39,845 bases of DNA from Candidatus Krumholzibacteriia bacterium. Its GTDB lineage: Bacteria; Krumholzibacteriota; Krumholzibacteriia; WVZY01. Below, piece by piece: positions 36,898 through 39,845 of the stretch. A program made the translations under genes and the position numbers. Where the stretch lies: the NCBI GenBank assembly GCA_036478295.1, contig JAZGDW010000195.1, forward strand, positions 1-39,845. Reading direction: 5' to 3'. Within the stretch, counting starts at the first letter, position 1. Each line of letters begins with the position of its first letter. The notes beneath the pieces were generated by a model. It did no database searches and was not told where the DNA came from. It saw nothing but the letters and a program-made list of their open reading frames with translations.

Positions 36898-39273
36898 ATG
36901 GACGGCATACGCAAAGAAGAAACGATCGCGCTGGATGACCCGCAAGACGCCGGGCTGAAGCGCTACCTCGCACGGCAGAACATCAGCCTCAAGCCCAACG
37001 AGCTCGGGTGCATCCGGTCGCTCCTCGGCCGCGACCCGACACCGGTAGAACTGCACATTTTCAACGTCATGTGGAGCGAGCACTGCTCGTACAAGAGCTC
37101 AAAGGCACTTCTGCGATCGCTGCTGCCCACCGAGGCAGCCCATGTCGTTCTGGGTCCCGGCGAGGATGCCGGCATCATCCGTTTCTACGAAAAGGACAAG
37201 CGGCACCATTGCCTGGTGCTTGCCCACGAGAGTCACAACCACCCGTCACAGGTCTTGCCAGTGGAAGGCGCGGCTACCGGTATCGGAGGTATCGTTCGCG
37301 ACGTGTACTGCATGGGAGCGGAGGTCATCGGCTGCCTCGACCCGTTGCGTTTCGGAGACCCGGATGGACCCAACGCAAACCGGGTACGGGCCATCGTGCG
37401 GGGTGTCGTGGACGGCATCGCCCAGTACGGCAACGCCCTCGGTGTGCCGAACTATGGCGGTGACACGTATTTTGACGCCAGCTTCGACGACAACTGCCTT
37501 GTCAACGTCGTTGCCCTGGGGGTGGTGGCGGAGGAGGACATCGTGCGCAGCCGGGCGCCGGAGAACGCGAAGCGAGAAGTGCACGACATCGTGCTCATCG
37601 GCAAGCCGACGGACGCCTCGGGGTTCGGTGGTGCGGCGTTCGCTTCGGCACGTCTCAGTGGGGACGAGGTCGAGGAGCGTCAGGAGGCGGTGCAGATCCC
37701 CGATCCGTTCCTGAAACGGGTCCTTGCCGAGGCCACCCGCGTGGTGCTCGCCGAAGCGAAACAAAATTCGATCGATATCGGTTTCAAGGATCTCGGGGCG
37801 GGCGGTATCAGCTGTGTGGTATCCGAGATGGCTCAGGCGGGGGGCGTGGGCGCCGTGGTCGATCTCTCGGCGGTGAACAAATCGTCGGCGCAGCTTGCTG
37901 CAGAGGTGATCGCGTGTTCGGAAACCCAGGAACGTTACGCGATGATCGTACCGCAGGGTTTTACAAAGAGAGTGTGCGAGATCTACAACGAGGAATTCGA
38001 CCTGCCGCACCTGTACTCGGGCGCGGGCGCCTACGTCATCGGGCACACTACGCCGGAAAAGCGTTTCAAGCTGAAATCCGGTGAGAGTCTCGTGTGTGAC
38101 GCAGGCGTCGATGCGATTACGACTGGTATCGAATACGAGCGCGAAAAAAAGCCGCGTGCATCGAGGGGTTACACGTCACCGTTGGAATTAACGTCGCGAC
38201 TGGCGACGGAAGAAGCCCTGATGAGTCTTCTTTCATCCTGGAACGTCGCGGACAAGTCGATTCTCTTTCGGCACTATGACTCCGAGGTGCGGGGCAGGGC
38301 GGTGCTCAGGCCGGGTGAGGCAGACGCGGCCGTTGCGATCTTCATGCCGGGGGAGAGCGTGGGTGTTGCGGTGGCGGTCGGTGGCAACTCGAACCTGGGC
38401 CGGGTCGATCCCTATCTCGGCGGCGTGTGGGCCGTGCTGGAGGCGGTTAGAAATGTCGCCTGCGTCGGTGGGCTTGCGCTGGCGGTGACCGATTGTCTGA
38501 ACTACGGGGATCCCGAAGATCCCCATGTCTTCTGGGACTTCACGGAAGGCGTGAGGGGAGTTGGAGACGCGTGTCGCGATCTGCACCTGATCGATGAGAC
38601 GGAGGTACTACCCGTTGTCTCGGGTAACGTTTCCTTCTACAACCAGAGCGGCAACGGCGATCCGATCGCGCCCACGCCGATCGTCGCGTGCGCTGGGCGG
38701 GTGGACGACGTCAGTGTCTCGCGGGGCCTGGGTTTCAAAAAGGACGGTTCGCGGGTAGTTCTTCTCGGCGGGCTGCACGAGCGGCTTGGCGGCAGCGAAT
38801 ACGCCAGGCTCTTTGCCGCCGGGCAGTGGTTCGAGCCGCCGCGTCCGGATTTCACCGCGGAGAACGCGATGTTACGCGCGCTCCTCGACGGGTTCGCGGA
38901 GAAAGCCGTGCTGGCGGCGCACGACATCGGGCACGGCGGCGTGCTGGTGACCCTGGCCGAGATGGTGATAAAAAGCGCGCCGTTCGACCTCGGGTGCCGT
39001 ATCGATTTCAGCGCTGGTTTTTCCGGAGCGGCGCCGGCGGACGCGTATCTGTTCAGCGAGTACGGCGGCATCGTGGTCGAAGTGGACGGGGATCGCTGGC
39101 CGGTGCTGGAAAAGATCCTCCAGCGGTGCGGGGCTCTCTGGCACGAGTTGGGCGAGACAACCGGCGACGGCCGCTTGCGCGTAAGCCTGCCGCGTGACAC
39201 CATCGAGCTTTCCATCGTGGAACTCGACGGGGCGAGCCGCGCGCACGGCAAGTGCAACCAGCTGTTCGCCTGA
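36898..39273 (+). CDS. purL: FGAM synthase subunit PurL (small type)
   Basis: MWSEHCSYKSS, ESHNHPS, GAATGIGGIVRD, DLGAGG, SETQER, DCLNYGDP, SGNVSFYN. Confidence 0.96.
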   Translation: MDGIRKEETIALDDPQDAGLKRYLARQNISLKPNELGCIRSLLGRDPTPVELHIFNVMWSEHCSYKSSKALLRSLLPTEAAHVVLGPGEDAGIIRFYEKDKRHHCLVLAHESHNHPSQVLPVEGAATGIGGIVRDVYCMGAEVIGCLDPLRFGDPDGPNANRVRAIVRGVVDGIAQYGNALGVPNYGGDTYFDASFDDNCLVNVVALGVVAEEDIVRSRAPENAKREVHDIVLIGKPTDASGFGGAAFASARLSGDEVEERQEAVQIPDPFLKRVLAEATRVVLAEAKQNSIDIGFKDLGAGGISCVVSEMAQAGGVGAVVDLSAVNKSSAQLAAEVIACSETQERYAMIVPQGFTKRVCEIYNEEFDLPHLYSGAGAYVIGHTTPEKRFKLKSGESLVCDAGVDAITTGIEYEREKKPRASRGYTSPLELTSRLATEEALMSLLSSWNVADKSILFRHYDSEVRGRAVLRPGEADAAVAIFMPGESVGVAVAVGGNSNLGRVDPYLGGVWAVLEAVRNVACVGGLALAVTDCLNYGDPEDPHVFWDFTEGVRGVGDACRDLHLIDETEVLPVVSGNVSFYNQSGNGDPIAPTPIVACAGRVDDVSVSRGLGFKKDGSRVVLLGGLHERLGGSEYARLFAAGQWFEPPRPDFTAENAMLRALLDGFAEKAVLAAHDIGHGGVLVTLAEMVIKSAPFDLGCRIDFSAGFSGAAPADAYLFSEYGGIVVEVDGDRWPVLEKILQRCGALWHELGETTGDGRLRVSLPRDTIELSIVELDGASRAHGKCNQLFA

Positions 39274-39282
39274 GGATGTCGC

Positions 39283-39845
39283 ATGAAGCATAAAGTTACC
39301 GTGATTCAGTTTCCGGGCGTCAACTGCGAGTACGAAACGGTACGCGTGCTCGACGCGGCCGGTCTATGCGGACGCGTCGTCCGCTGGAACGAAACGGGCG
39401 GCGCGATCAAGAACTCGGCGGCCGTCATCCTGCCGGGCGGATTCTCGTACCAGGATCGCGTCCGCGCCGGTGTTATCGCGGCCAAGGACCGCATCATGGA
39501 CGATGTGCTGGACGCCGCCGCTCGGGGCGTCCCCATCCTTGGTATCTGCAACGGCGCGCAGGTCCTCGTCGAGGCGGGAGCGGTGACAGGACTCTTGCCC
39601 GGGGACATCGACCTGGCACTCGCGCCGAACAGAATGCCGGACCGCAGCGGTTATTATTGCAACTGGATCCGACTCAAGAAGGGTCCCGCCCCATGTGTCT
39701 TTACCGAATTCTTGTCGGATACCCATGCGGACAACGGGACGATCCCGATCCCCATGGCGCACGGAGAGGGGCGTTTCGTGACAGCATCCGCCGACGGTGA
39801 CCGCCGCTTGCAATCGGGAGACGGGGTGGCGCTCTATTATGCGGC
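39283..39845 (+). CDS. purQ: FGAM synthase glutaminase subunit PurQ, truncated by the window end
   Basis: Not in the ORF track; hand translation gives MKHKVTVIQFPGVNCE...LPGGFSYQD...GICNGAQVL...IPMAHGEGRF; SD GAGG. Confidence 0.93.
   Translation, partial: MKHKVTVIQFPGVNCEYETVRVLDAAGLCGRVVRWNETGGAIKNSAAVILPGGFSYQDRVRAGVIAAKDRIMDDVLDAAARGVPILGICNGAQVLVEAGAVTGLLPGDIDLALAPNRMPDRSGYYCNWIRLKKGPAPCVFTEFLSDTHADNGTIPIPMAHGEGRFVTASADGDRRLQSGDGVALYYA

Overview
High-GC bacterial chromosomal window with about 28 credible protein-coding genes and no recognisable rRNA, tRNA, CRISPR array, transposase, integrase or phage gene. Lnt, several lipoproteins and an Omp85-like barrel indicate a diderm; an FCB-related lineage is my guess, not a tested assignment. 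Left to right: ino1 <- | LysR -> suhB; a sigma54-promoter lipoprotein; a GT-C-like/TPR membrane protein; a ~550-bp gene-free gap; a second LysR followed by an SbcD/YhaO-like nuclease and a YhaN-like SMC ATPase; a peptidase/beta-propeller/Omp85 fusion; an M41-like pseudo-peptidase; a thioesterase; two atypical sigma54 activators flanking two lipoproteins; Gfo/Idh/MocA-lnt-panD-alaX-gltP-lipoprotein-Nudix; a HEAT/cyclophilin protein; asd-ecfT-truA-htrA-purB-purL-purQ (partial). The best candidate for an undescribed system is a structured, apparently non-coding RNA (about 6730-6980, minus strand). It has its own sigma70-type promoter, a perfect LysR-type palindrome at about -65 and a terminator, and is divergent from the second LysR gene. 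Other points of interest are a second multi-stem element (4647-4751), three sigma54 promoter motifs (two in front of the sigma54 activators themselves), an orphan ecfT, a tandem 16-bp palindrome and a low-GC Ig-repeat segment inside a peptidase gene. All calls are from manual motif reading; no searches were run.
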